Notes: generated from the letters alone by a model not told the origin. Shown: positions 16,120 through 26,655, counted from the stretch's first letter. The stretch is DNA of 64,000 nt from Candidatus Hodarchaeota archaeon (GCA_048887225.1 JBHLJY010000001.1:160001-224000); one strand, 5' to 3'. A program made the numbers and translations.

Positions 16120-17271
16120 ATGACAAGAGATTGGTCAGCGATAATACTCGCTGGCGGTAAAGGCAAACGGCTAATGCCATTGACTTCGCAAATTCCAAAA
16201 CCGTTAGTGAAAGTAACTAATAAGACGATGGTTGATTATTCCATATCACATTTAATATATGCAGATATAAAACATATTATTCTCGCATTAGCTTATATGG
16301 GTGAAAAAATTGAAAAGCATATTAAAGAAACGTGGACACCTGATAAGCTTGGCGATGTGGAATTGGAATGCTCAATTCAAAATAGTAAAGGCACTGCTGA
16401 CGCGTATAGATTACTGAAAGACGAGATTGACTCGGAAAACATCGTTGTTAGTATGGCAGATATAGTCACATCTCTTCCAATGAAAAGTTTTATGGATTTT
16501 CATAGAGAAAAAAACGGGATTGCAACAATTTCAATGAAGATGGTTGAAAGCCACACTTCTCAGTACGGTGTTGTGTTATTGGATAAAAATAGAAAAATTT
16601 ATTTATTTTTGGAAAAGCCTATGCCAATGGAATTGTATTTGAGTAGTATAGCTCAAAGAACAGACTTATTCTTACATACAAATATTATTAACACAGGAAT
16701 TTATTGTCTTAAAAAGGATATAGGAAATATCCTTCATGAAACGGGATTGCAAGATTTTGGTAGTGAATTATTTCCATATCTTCTTGAGAACGAGTATGAG
16801 TTGTATGGTTTTGTGAAAGATTATTACTGGATGGATGCCGGTAATTTTCAAACCTACATGTGGGCAAATTGGGATTTATTAAGGAAATATGCTTGGCCAA
16901 TTTTGCCAAACGGAGAAGAATACGATGGAGTTTACGTTAAGGGAATTATCAATTCAGGTAAAGATACAATAATTGAAAAACCTACATGTTTTGGTGAAAA
17001 TGTAGAACTTCAAAACAATGTGAAGATAAAGGAATTAACTTCTATAGGAAACCAAGTTATTATTGGAGAGGATGCCATAATCGAAAAAAGCGTTATATGG
17101 GACAATGTAAAAATTGGTCCTGGGAGTTATATCAACGAATCAATAATCTGTAACGATTGTGAAGTTGGAAATAATGTTGTTTTAGAGAGGGTAATCGTAC
17201 CTCCAAATGTAAAAATTTCAAGTAATATTCAGTTGTCTGATGTCACACTCGAGTTAGGTCAAGAGATATAA
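16120..17271 (+). CDS. NDP-sugar pyrophosphorylase (mannose-1-phosphate guanylyltransferase-like) with left-handed beta-helix
   Basis: ILAGGKGKRLMPLT..PKPL, GTA, EKP, INTGIY, YWMDAG, C-terminal hexapeptide repeats. Confidence 0.9.
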   Translation: MTRDWSAIILAGGKGKRLMPLTSQIPKPLVKVTNKTMVDYSISHLIYADIKHIILALAYMGEKIEKHIKETWTPDKLGDVELECSIQNSKGTADAYRLLKDEIDSENIVVSMADIVTSLPMKSFMDFHREKNGIATISMKMVESHTSQYGVVLLDKNRKIYLFLEKPMPMELYLSSIAQRTDLFLHTNIINTGIYCLKKDIGNILHETGLQDFGSELFPYLLENEYELYGFVKDYYWMDAGNFQTYMWANWDLLRKYAWPILPNGEEYDGVYVKGIINSGKDTIIEKPTCFGENVELQNNVKIKELTSIGNQVIIGEDAIIEKSVIWDNVKIGPGSYINESIICNDCEVGNNVVLERVIVPPNVKISSNIQLSDVTLELGQEI

Positions 17272-17322
17272 TTCAAATGTTTGTAATTTATAAGATGAAT
17301 TTAAAAAAAATCAAATAAGATT

Positions 17323-19041
17323 TTATTTCTTTGTAAATGGTTCGAGATCCAAATCCATGAATATGCCATCATTAGCCTCAAGCGTTCCTAGAAAATGCCA
17401 TTCACCCTTATCAACATGTTGTCCTCTTCCGTATTTTGAAGCCATACCATAGAGTCTATTAAAGTTTTCATAATGCAATGCCACTCTATTTTCTGCATAA
17501 TCTCTTGCTGACCACGTCGTAATTAGAAACTGCCAATCGCTGCTCTCTAGAAGTAAAAGCTCACGTGCCAATTGCTTTAATATTTTCATTAAATGTTCAT
17601 CAGCATTATCTTTATATTTAGCAATGATCTCTTCACTTTTCGCTTCACATTCATATATCTTCTCCCATGTCCAAGTAGTCCATTCATTTAACCAAACCCA
17701 ATGTGAACTTCCTTGCCCCCAGCTTCCTTCTATAATTGAAACCACTTTATTTGGAGGATTTTGTTCGATATAAAGCCTTGTATTTGTCAGATCAATTTCG
17801 GGATCATCTTCAATCCATCGGAGTACCCTTGCTAACCACCAATTTCCTTCAAACCACCAATGACCAAATAATTCGCAATCATATGGTGCAACAATGATTC
17901 CCTTTGTACCGAATTTATCTTTGAATTCCCTTAGAATATCCTTAGTAAGATTAAGATAATGGCTAGCATTCTCGTCCAATTTTCCAGGGACATCCTCAGG
18001 CCAATACAACATTTTTGATCCAAGATCAATTTTAGGACTAGTACATTTCCAATATCTAAGACCACCTGGATAATGTTTTTTATGAAAATCAAGATATTCT
18101 GCGCAACCTGGATAACCATGTTCACCTGACCATACAACAATCCCAGATTTTTCGTCTCTCGTGAAAAATCCAACAGGAGCCTCTGCAGACTGAGTAGACA
18201 CTAAATATACTTCATATGGGGATTTTTCGAAAGAAATAGGAAGCTCTTCATATTGGTCTGCAAATTGCTTCCATAATTCCTTTAATAAAGGAAATCTGGC
18301 AGCGTAAACTCCTTGGGATTTTCCCCCTAATAATAGAGCAGTGTCAATAAAAAAATATTTCAGACCATTTTTGGCGAGAAAATATTCAATCCCAGGCCGA
18401 TCATACTCTTCACCTGCATTTAAAGGATTTTTCCATCTATAACCCGGACGATAAGCACATTCTGGAAGCCATACACCTGTAGGTACCCTTCCGAAATGAT
18501 ACCTATAATTATCAACTGCAGTTTTGAATTGAGCATCGATGGAAGTTTCTTTAGAGAGTAAAGGAGTGTAGGCATGAGTTGCTCCACAAGTAATTATATC
18601 CAATAAATCCTCATCTTGAAGCTTTTTAAAAGCTCCTACAATGTCCCTATTAAATCTATGGATATAATCGTCCTTAATTTGCTCGTAAAATTTCTCCCAC
18701 CATTGCGTTAATTTAATCCTTCCTTCTTCGTATTTGTTATCTGTAAAATCATCATAATCGTGAAGAGCCGCAGAGATTTTTTCATCTAAATAACTGATAA
18801 AATCTTCAATAAAAGTCGGATGTCTTAGCATTTCACATAAAACTGGGGTAAGACCAATTGTCAATTTAGGGTGATAACCCTCGTCGATAAGTTTGTACAA
18901 CTCTTGAAGTAAAGGAATATAAGTCTCTGCGGCGGCTTCGTTAAGCCAAGAAGTACCATGCGGCCATATTCCATGTCCTAACACCCAGGGTAGATGACTG
19001 TGTAAAACAAGACAAAAGCTTCCTAAAGAATTTTCTGTCAT
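17323..19041 (-). CDS. GH57 1,4-alpha-glucan branching enzyme
   Basis: HSHLP, ETYIPL, CGATH, WLPECAY (nucleophile), PYDCELFGHWWFEG (acid/base), SSDWQF. Confidence 0.95.
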   Translation of the reverse strand: MTENSLGSFCLVLHSHLPWVLGHGIWPHGTSWLNEAAAETYIPLLQELYKLIDEGYHPKLTIGLTPVLCEMLRHPTFIEDFISYLDEKISAALHDYDDFTDNKYEEGRIKLTQWWEKFYEQIKDDYIHRFNRDIVGAFKKLQDEDLLDIITCGATHAYTPLLSKETSIDAQFKTAVDNYRYHFGRVPTGVWLPECAYRPGYRWKNPLNAGEEYDRPGIEYFLAKNGLKYFFIDTALLLGGKSQGVYAARFPLLKELWKQFADQYEELPISFEKSPYEVYLVSTQSAEAPVGFFTRDEKSGIVVWSGEHGYPGCAEYLDFHKKHYPGGLRYWKCTSPKIDLGSKMLYWPEDVPGKLDENASHYLNLTKDILREFKDKFGTKGIIVAPYDCELFGHWWFEGNWWLARVLRWIEDDPEIDLTNTRLYIEQNPPNKVVSIIEGSWGQGSSHWVWLNEWTTWTWEKIYECEAKSEEIIAKYKDNADEHLMKILKQLARELLLLESSDWQFLITTWSARDYAENRVALHYENFNRLYGMASKYGRGQHVDKGEWHFLGTLEANDGIFMDLDLEPFTKK

Positions 19042-19195
19042 TATTAAATACTCTTAAATTTAATTATAAAAATATAAGATTTAATTAATTCAAAATTAGT
19101 TTTTCTATATTAGTTTTTCTATAAAAACAGAAAAAAATATATATGTAAATTAAATATTCTCCAATTGAATTAGAAATTTCAAATATCTGATTTAG

Positions 19196-20578
19196 ATGGT
19201 TAAAAACCTTAAAGAACTGAATAAACACGGAAGGATCATAGGACGAGCTAATTTTGTGTTTACGCCAGAAATAGCAGCATCCATAGGTTGTATTCACGGG
19301 AGTATGGTTAAACAAAACGAATCAATTGTCATGGGAAGGGATTATCATAACGATTCTCGGATGCTTAAGAGAGGATATACCTCGGGTTGCATGAGTACAG
19401 GGGTGAACCTCTTAAATCTTTCAGATTGCACTTTTCCTCTACTTCAGTTCACCATTAGAAGATTCGGTGCCATTGGAGGTGTTTATTTTTCAGGAGGACA
19501 TTTATACAGTGAAGATGTTGGAGTACGATTTGTTGATGCCGGTGGAATAGAATTAACCCAAGTCGAAATAGAAAAAATATTTGATGCATACAATAATTAT
19601 CCAAAAAAAATTCGTAGAGTCGAACCAAATGAAATTGGTCAAATTACCGGAATCCCTCAGACTGAAGAAATTTATATTAAATCATTACAACAATTTGTAC
19701 ATAAGAAAAAAATAAGAGATGCAGATCTAAAGATTGTTGTTGATTGCTCTTATGGGCCTAGTGGAAAAATCACACCTTTATTATTGAATGATATTGGAGT
19801 AGAAGTTATCGCATTGAATACACATTATCGTCAAAGATCGACTAATCCTGTACCCAACATTCATACTATTAGAAACTGCGCAGATATCGTGAAAGCATCC
19901 AATAGTCATCTTGGAGTTTGTTTCGATATCGATGGATCAAGAATTTTAGTGATTGATGAAAGTGGATTAGAAGTGAATTTTGAAGATCTACTAATGTTAT
20001 TCATCTCCTACGATGAACGAATATCAAAATTAAAAGCAAACACGATTATAACGACTCCAACAATCTCCACAACTGCAAAAGATTTTATTAAGGAATCTGG
20101 ATATCCTTTAAAGGAAGTAGAAAATTATCCTGGAGAAATCTCGAATCAAATTAGAGAAGAAAGAGCATGTTTTGCCGCAGCAGATACGTTGAAGTTTTAT
20201 TTTCCTGAATTCGCACCATTTAGCGATGGAAATTTTATTCTTTTAAAACTTCTTGAAATCATGACTATTCAGGACGATTTATTGAGTTCATTAACGAAAG
20301 GTTTTCCTAAAGGTATAAAAGCTAATAAATCAATTACAGTATCTCAAGATATAATTGAAACTTTTCACAACAAATTAAGAATAATTGTTGAAGAAAACGG
20401 TTTTAAATATCATGACATAATTAATGAGCTTAAAATTATTGATGAAAATAACAGTGTTTTTACTCAAGTGAAAGTCTCTTTATATCGTAATGCGATTTTG
20501 TTATCCGCAGAATCCAACGATGTTAAAGCCGCAAAGAACATGATAAGCGAGCTCGAAGAGATAATTCTTAAATTATAA
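19196..20578 (+). CDS. Alpha-D-phosphohexomutase-fold protein lacking catalytic motifs (probable pseudo-enzyme)
   Basis: GRDYHNDSRMLKR, STGVN, IVVDCSYG give the fold; TASHN is replaced by SGGHL and DxDxDR by DIDGSR. Confidence 0.85.
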   Translation: MVKNLKELNKHGRIIGRANFVFTPEIAASIGCIHGSMVKQNESIVMGRDYHNDSRMLKRGYTSGCMSTGVNLLNLSDCTFPLLQFTIRRFGAIGGVYFSGGHLYSEDVGVRFVDAGGIELTQVEIEKIFDAYNNYPKKIRRVEPNEIGQITGIPQTEEIYIKSLQQFVHKKKIRDADLKIVVDCSYGPSGKITPLLLNDIGVEVIALNTHYRQRSTNPVPNIHTIRNCADIVKASNSHLGVCFDIDGSRILVIDESGLEVNFEDLLMLFISYDERISKLKANTIITTPTISTTAKDFIKESGYPLKEVENYPGEISNQIREERACFAAADTLKFYFPEFAPFSDGNFILLKLLEIMTIQDDLLSSLTKGFPKGIKANKSITVSQDIIETFHNKLRIIVEENGFKYHDIINELKIIDENNSVFTQVKVSLYRNAILLSAESNDVKAAKNMISELEEIILKL

Positions 20579-20710
20579 ATAAAATTTTAAAACGTTTATT
20601 CTTTTTTTTTATAATTTCTTTTTAGAAGAATTAAAAGTTTAAAAATACTTGAAATTTAATAATTATATTAAGAAATTATATTTTAAAATAAAAATTAAGG
20701 TTCATGAATC

Positions 20711-21382
20711 ATGTCTTTAGATGCAACTGGTATTATTATTCTAATATCTTTCTTTATAATATGGGGTGTATTCCTTTGTTGGGATTTTTTTAGAAGAGGC
20801 GAGAAATATGGCTTCTTAGCTTATATTCTGGCAGTGATTCCTCCAAATATTCTTTGGGCTGGCGAATTTAATATTTTAGGTGTATATATTGTCCTCTTTA
20901 GCTTGTGGATTATTGCGCTTTTTCGCGACTTAATATTAGTATATGGTAAAACAAAAGAGTACGACGACCTATTACTCTTCTTAGGTCTTGGAATTTTAGT
21001 ACAAGTCGTTTTAACAGGTATTTTGCCATATATGAATAATAATATGCAAACCAATTGTGTGGCCTTGTGGGTTTTCTGGTTCCCAAATGTGTATAATCCA
21101 AATACAAACGCTATAAATGATTGGGTTAATCTAAATTATCTATTAGGATTTAGAGTAGCAGCAACAGGAATGGTAATTTTAGCAATTTTACCAATGATTT
21201 TAGATTTAAAAAACACCGAGGAACATGTGAATCTTTTAGCAATTATAGTAATAGATTTACTTTTCATATTGCCATTCCTCTGGCTCGCGTATGTGTGGAT
21301 GGGTGGAATCGGTTGGCCATTGACGTTCTTATTTGCAGTCCTTTTATTTATCGTATTATTGCTGTTGACGAGAGAGAGATAA
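20711..21382 (+). CDS. Polytopic membrane protein (~7 TM), unknown function
   Basis: About seven hydrophobic segments in 223 aa. Confidence 0.75.
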   Translation: MSLDATGIIILISFFIIWGVFLCWDFFRRGEKYGFLAYILAVIPPNILWAGEFNILGVYIVLFSLWIIALFRDLILVYGKTKEYDDLLLFLGLGILVQVVLTGILPYMNNNMQTNCVALWVFWFPNVYNPNTNAINDWVNLNYLLGFRVAATGMVILAILPMILDLKNTEEHVNLLAIIVIDLLFILPFLWLAYVWMGGIGWPLTFLFAVLLFIVLLLLTRER

Positions 21383-21505
21383 TTAGAATTATTTTTTTTT
21401 ATATTTTTTTGTTTTGATATTAAATTTTTTATGTTTATTTTTATATATAATTATAGGCTAACGAGTGATAATCTATACTTTAATTTGAAAAATTAAGATT
21501 CTAAA

Positions 21506-22495
21506 ATGGCAAAGAAAAAAGATAAAGACAACGAAGGAAAGGAATTAAATTCTAAGATAATTTATACTTTAAAGGATTTACCAGGAGTGGGAGATGCAAC
21601 CTTAAAAAAATTAAAAGATGCCGGAATTACATCTGTTAGATCACTTGCTATGATTCCGAAACAAACATTAATAGATGATGTTGGTATTGGTGATAAGACA
21701 GCTGAGAAAATTATTAAAATTGCCCAAGAAATTGAGAAAATGGGATTTAAATCTGCCGATCAGATTTGGGAAAAAAGAAAGGGATTGAAGAAATTATCTA
21801 CCGGTAGTCAAAATTTAAACGAATTATTGGCAGGTGGAATTGAGACAGGGGCAGTAACAGAACTTTTTGGTGAATATAGAACAGGTAAAACTCAGCTTGC
21901 TCATCAATTTTGCGTTAATGTACAATTGTTGGAAGAAGAAGGAGGTCTTGAAGGTAATGCGTTATATATTGATACTGAAGGAACTTTTAGACCTGAAAGA
22001 ATAATTCAAATGGCAGAAGCGAAGGATTTAGATCATAACAAAGTATTACAAAATATTACAGTTGGACGAGCGTATAATAGCGACCACCAAATTCTTTTAA
22101 TAAAAGAAGCATCAAAAATCATTGAAGAAAAAAGTATTAAAGTAATAATAGTTGATTCCTTAATTAGTCATTTTCGCAGCGAATATATCGGAAGGGGTAC
22201 ACTTGCCTATAGACAACAAATATTAAATAGCCATATTCACGATTTGTTAAGATTAACTGAAACTTATGACGAATTAGCAATAATTGTAACGAATCAAGTC
22301 TCATCTAGACCAGATATTTTTTATGGAAATCCAATAATTCATACAGGTGGCCATGTCGTTGCCCATGGTGCTACTATAAGAATATTTTTGAGAAAAGGGA
22401 AAGGAGAGCAGAGAGTTGCCAAAGTTGTTGATGCACCCCATTTACCAGAAGAAGATGCTATATTCTCAATAACTAAAGATGGAATAACAGATTAA
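21506..22495 (+). CDS. radA: DNA repair and recombination protein RadA
   Basis: N-terminal HhH LPGVG, FKSA polymerisation motif, Walker A GEYRTGKT, YIDTEGTFRPER, IVDS, TNQV, LRKGKG; normal length. Confidence 0.96.
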   Translation: MAKKKDKDNEGKELNSKIIYTLKDLPGVGDATLKKLKDAGITSVRSLAMIPKQTLIDDVGIGDKTAEKIIKIAQEIEKMGFKSADQIWEKRKGLKKLSTGSQNLNELLAGGIETGAVTELFGEYRTGKTQLAHQFCVNVQLLEEEGGLEGNALYIDTEGTFRPERIIQMAEAKDLDHNKVLQNITVGRAYNSDHQILLIKEASKIIEEKSIKVIIVDSLISHFRSEYIGRGTLAYRQQILNSHIHDLLRLTETYDELAIIVTNQVSSRPDIFYGNPIIHTGGHVVAHGATIRIFLRKGKGEQRVAKVVDAPHLPEEDAIFSITKDGITD

Positions 22496-22522
22496 AATTG
22501 GGATCTATTAAAAAAAGAATTA

Positions 22523-22960
22523 TTAATAATCAAGATTAACATTGACTTCTATACCATCCACAACTGCAGCGGTAACCGTACAATATTTCTCAAACATTTT
22601 TTTACACTCATCTGCCCTCTTGCGAACATCTGGATCATCAATTTTTGGCTTTATCTTAACATTTATTTTCAATACTCTTACAAAACCTTTTTCATTATTT
22701 CCTATCACAACAACTGCTTCTGCCTCTAAATCATCCAATGTGAAATTTCTTTTCTTTAAACAAAAAATAAAACTTGCGGAAAGGCAACCTAATATTGCTT
22801 GGCCTAAAAGATGAGCTGGACTTGGACCTAATTTTTCTGCTTCATTTATATTAGTATCATCAATATAACAATCTTTTACTTTCATTTCTCCCATGTAACA
22901 CTTAAATATCATGTCCTCAACTAAATTTATTTTTACTTTGATTTTAGCTTCTTTCGACAT
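22523..22960 (-). CDS. OsmC family protein
   Basis: GPSPAHLLGQAILGC and KYCTV; ATG at 22960 with GGTGA 5 nt upstream. Confidence 0.85.
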   Translation of the reverse strand: MSKEAKIKVKINLVEDMIFKCYMGEMKVKDCYIDDTNINEAEKLGPSPAHLLGQAILGCLSASFIFCLKKRNFTLDDLEAEAVVVIGNNEKGFVRVLKINVKIKPKIDDPDVRKRADECKKMFEKYCTVTAAVVDGIEVNVNLDY

Positions 22961-23019
22961 AAAATTCACCTAAATTTAGATTTAAATTTGAAATAAAAAT
23001 TTCCATAATAATTATAGTA

Positions 23020-23607
23020 TTAAATTGCTTCGATCTTTTTTAAATGATAATGTCGAGACAAGTGAAAATATAATCCTATAAAGTATATTAAGATAATGAG
23101 GATATATTCAAAAGCAAATATGATTATAGAGAACATCATTAATACAAATAGTAGTATTTCAATTGTTAAGCTCGTTTTACTATTGTAATATTTAAAATTA
23201 AAAAAAGCCGCAGGATTCTTATATTCTGCTAAATATTCGGGTAAGTTTTTTTCTTCTTTTCTTATCAAAAATCGGGGACCATATGTTTTTTGTGGAAAAT
23301 AAAAAAAATTTGTTCCCCAATCGAATAAGTCAATAAAAATATGGATAAAATATGAAAATCCACATAATATTAATGCCGGCCAATTAAAAACAATTCCAAA
23401 TATTAAAATAACGATGCTGGGAATAATTGAATGAGAAATTAAGTTTCGATGATTATGGTCTTTAGCATAGTTAGAAAAAAAAACATCCAAATCACAAATA
23501 AATGATGCAAAGACGATAATTATAAACTCAACCAAAGAAAAGTTAAAAATGTAATGAAAACTTGACGCAAATATCACTCCAATTGCGAAGTGGCTATTTA
23601 TATGTAT
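23020..23607 (-). CDS. Membrane-bound metal-dependent hydrolase (YdjM/DUF457-like), probable ATA start
   Basis: CDLD, HRNLISHS, HIFID motifs; the frame extends upstream of the track's GTG (23577) through SHFAIG to ATA at 23607, with an in-frame TAG just before. Confidence 0.75.
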   Translation of the reverse strand: MHINSHFAIGVIFASSFHYIFNFSLVEFIIIVFASFICDLDVFFSNYAKDHNHRNLISHSIIPSIVILIFGIVFNWPALILCGFSYFIHIFIDLFDWGTNFFYFPQKTYGPRFLIRKEEKNLPEYLAEYKNPAAFFNFKYYNSKTSLTIEILLFVLMMFSIIIFAFEYILIILIYFIGLYFHLSRHYHLKKIEAI

Positions 23608-23622
23608 CTAACTACACCTAGT

Positions 23623-24597
23623 TTATGTAATATAGTTTCTATTATTTACGCGTACTAACACGTTTTCTTTTGTTTCAAATCCATAAGGACCTATAGCTTC
23701 TACGTTAAATGAGGCTGCAGAAGATGCTAAATATGCGGCTTTTTCTATGGCTTTCCAACTTTTATCAGATCTAATGAATTCAAATAAAAAAATTGCAAAA
23801 TAAACATCACCCGCTCCTGTCTCATCAACAACACCTGAAGATTGGAAGGCTGGTATTTTTAATATCTCTTTACCTCGTTTTACAATTAACGAACCTGCTT
23901 CTCCTAAAGTCATGATAAATATTCCGTTAAATTCAATATATCTAAAATAGTTCATCGCTTCATAAATATCATCCTTTCCAGACAAAATTTTCATTTCTTC
24001 TTCGGAACCTTTAATTATCAGTCTATCTCCAATTAAATCAATTATTTTTTCCATATTTGAGATAATATTTTCGTCCCTTATTAAAGAAACGTGTCCATTT
24101 TCAATTTTTCGGACGAATCCTTGGAGATCTATTCCGATATAAGCATTTGGAAGGTGTTTTAATATTTCAATAATGTATTCGTATGAAATTTCGTTACATA
24201 ATGGAGCTAAAACAATGACATCTGGAGATTTATTAAGATAATTCTTAGGAATATCCTTAAATTCAAGATTAGGGCTCCTTGACTTAAGTGTTAAGGTTCT
24301 TGAATGATTGAAATAATCTAAAACAAAATTAGTATTATTTGTCTCTGTCCACTTTAATCCTTTTAAATCTATATTCTTATTTTTTACTAAATCTAATAGA
24401 CTTTTATCGAAATTTAAGCTACCTAAATTAGATATAATAGTGATTTTAACATCATTCGTATAAGTTTTTAAAGATAAAGAGCCAAAAGAAACACTTCCCC
24501 CTAGAGTGGGATCGTGTTCTTTTTGAAACCGGATAATAGTGTCAATTGCTAAATGTCCAATAAAAAATATCGAGGGAATTTTTTCTTGATAACCCAT
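23623..24597 (-). CDS. PfkB/ribokinase family carbohydrate kinase
   Basis: GHLAID, GGSV, IDLQG, MTLGEAGS, DETGAGDVY. Confidence 0.9.
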   Translation of the reverse strand: MGYQEKIPSIFFIGHLAIDTIIRFQKEHDPTLGGSVSFGSLSLKTYTNDVKITIISNLGSLNFDKSLLDLVKNKNIDLKGLKWTETNNTNFVLDYFNHSRTLTLKSRSPNLEFKDIPKNYLNKSPDVIVLAPLCNEISYEYIIEILKHLPNAYIGIDLQGFVRKIENGHVSLIRDENIISNMEKIIDLIGDRLIIKGSEEEMKILSGKDDIYEAMNYFRYIEFNGIFIMTLGEAGSLIVKRGKEILKIPAFQSSGVVDETGAGDVYFAIFLFEFIRSDKSWKAIEKAAYLASSAASFNVEAIGPYGFETKENVLVRVNNRNYIT

Positions 24598-24601
24598 TTT
24601 A

Positions 24602-25549
24602 TTATCTTATGATTTTATTTTTATCGGACTTTTTTAAATCTTCAATTATCTTATTCTTTTCCTTTAAAGCTAATTTTAACTTATTTATTTTACTTTGTAA
24701 ATCCTCGATTAATCCTGACATTGGACCACTATCTGTTGTTGTTGCTTCAGCTGTTTTAGGAGCTTCTAACTTTCTAATCATATCATCTCTTTCTTTCAAT
24801 TCATCCTCAAGTTCTTTTATTTTAGTATCAGCTGCTTCCGCTTCAAATGCTAAAGTGGCTTCTTTGTCGAGAGATTCCTCTAATTTTGAGATTTTTTTTT
24901 TAAGTAGTTCATTTTCTTTTTTCAAATTCTTAATTATATCGGACTCTCCTGGAGCACCCCCCGTTTCTTGGGCTAATTTAAGTTCTGCGTTCTCTTTTTT
25001 TAATTTCTCTATTAATCTCTTATATCTATTCAAATCAGTTTGGAGGTCTTGAACCAGAATTTCTAATGTTTTTGAACTTGCTGAAGTCGTTTTTAGTTTT
25101 TCTGGTTCTTCAACAGGTATATCATAATCAACACTAAGCTTTTCTTTTGCTCTTGCTAATTGTCTATTTAACGATTCGTTATCTTCAGATAATGATTTAA
25201 TTTCATTCTTCAAATCTAAGAGTTGTGATTTCTTTTTTGATAATTCAGACATTAAATTATCAACCTGGGATTCAAGAGATTTAATAGAGTGTTCTAGTTC
25301 CAAAATATGCTCGTTTTTCTTCTTTAAATCTAGCTTTAAATTATCTTTTTCTCCAACAGTTTTTTTAAGGATTTCCTCTGAGCTACGTACTAAATCGACA
25401 TTTTTATCTATCTTTTCTTTCAATTCTATATTTTGTTTTTCTAATGCTTCTATTTTTTCTAAAGTTTCTGCGATAACCGAAGGTGATTTCGAATCTGATT
25501 TCATTTTCTTCAACTTACTAATAAAATCTTCATTTGACATAAGAATCAA
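24602..25549 (-). CDS. Long coiled-coil protein, unknown function
   Basis: Extended K/E/L heptads with short linkers; internal repeat LVQDLQTDLNR / LIEDLQSKINK. Confidence 0.75.
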   Translation of the reverse strand: MILMSNEDFISKLKKMKSDSKSPSVIAETLEKIEALEKQNIELKEKIDKNVDLVRSSEEILKKTVGEKDNLKLDLKKKNEHILELEHSIKSLESQVDNLMSELSKKKSQLLDLKNEIKSLSEDNESLNRQLARAKEKLSVDYDIPVEEPEKLKTTSASSKTLEILVQDLQTDLNRYKRLIEKLKKENAELKLAQETGGAPGESDIIKNLKKENELLKKKISKLEESLDKEATLAFEAEAADTKIKELEDELKERDDMIRKLEAPKTAEATTTDSGPMSGLIEDLQSKINKLKLALKEKNKIIEDLKKSDKNKIIR

Positions 25550-25570
25550 TTTATTATCATTTATTGAAAT

Positions 25571-26479
25571 TTATTTTATAATTATACCAGAAAAGTATCC
25601 TACTGAATATTCACAGGGACCAGTACCGCCTCCTTTTTCGTAAGACATATAATATTTTAACGCTTTAGTTTTACATTGATTATTAGTGAGTTTACTACAG
25701 ATTAACATTAACGATGTAATTGTTTGTGGTCCACATACTGAAGTATTTCTGGCCATGTTTAATGTCTTTTCCGGATCAAATTCTAAAAATGCGTCTATTA
25801 CCGCCTGATCCTTTTTGCGCATATCATTTAAATCATTTTTTGGATTAGAAATATTTCTTGGTTGTTTATGTGTCATATCCGAAGATGCAACAATAACAAT
25901 ATCTTTTTCAAAAGATATAATAGCATTTGAAATGTCTGTCGATAAATTATTCATAACATTAAAATTTTTTGTAGAAATTTTTATTGGAACTATTTTTACA
26001 TCTTTTTCTTTAGCACAATATTTAATAAAAGGTAATTGAACTTCAATATTATGCTCTCTACCAAAGGGAAAGCCTAAAAAAGCAGAATCGTCCGAAACAA
26101 TAATATTACTATTTTTTACGATTTCTTTTGATAGCTCTGAATCTATACTTAAATTTCCTAATGGTGTTTCCCATATTCCCTCTTCCATCAATCCAATTTT
26201 TCCATATCCTACATGATCGGTGCCTAATATTATAACTGTATCAGGAATTTTTTCTTTAAACAAATTCAAATAAGTAAATGCCGCTGCACATCCTGAATAT
26301 ATAAAGCCCGCGTGAGGGGATATTCCCCCTATAATAGTTCTTTGTTCTTGATTCAATGTTTTAATTTCTTCACCAGGACCAAAATCTTTATCTAAAAAAG
26401 ATTCATCGAGAATTCTAAGTAAATCTGGTTTAAAGCGAGGATAAAAGCTTCCAGCGACTGCAGCCTTTCTTACTACCAA
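25571..26479 (-). CDS. MEMO1 family protein (AmmeMemoRadiSam protein B)
   Basis: RKAAVAGSFYP, PHAGFIYSG, EHNIEVQLPF, ASSDMTH, CG, SVGY; likely start TTG 26479 (the track's upstream extension is low-complexity). Confidence 0.92.
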   Translation of the reverse strand: MVVRKAAVAGSFYPRFKPDLLRILDESFLDKDFGPGEEIKTLNQEQRTIIGGISPHAGFIYSGCAAAFTYLNLFKEKIPDTVIILGTDHVGYGKIGLMEEGIWETPLGNLSIDSELSKEIVKNSNIIVSDDSAFLGFPFGREHNIEVQLPFIKYCAKEKDVKIVPIKISTKNFNVMNNLSTDISNAIISFEKDIVIVASSDMTHKQPRNISNPKNDLNDMRKKDQAVIDAFLEFDPEKTLNMARNTSVCGPQTITSLMLICSKLTNNQCKTKALKYYMSYEKGGGTGPCEYSVGYFSGIIIK

Positions 26480-26655
26480 TTTTTTTTCACGGTTTATTTT
26501 ATGTATATAATAGAAATAAGATTTTATATTAATTTTTAATTTTTTTTTATAGAGATTAAAGTATCGAATAAAATAAAAAATCATGAATACAATTGAACAG
26601 AACTATTGTCTTAAAGTTAATAATAGAGTTAATAAATCATCTAAAATAATTCTAC

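Noticed and set aside
21506-22495. Intein in RadA
   Set aside because: 329 aa with a contiguous Walker A region; no insertion
24602-25549. SMC/Rad50 ATPase or SNARE
   Set aside because: No Walker motifs, hinge or zinc hook, and no C-terminal TM anchor
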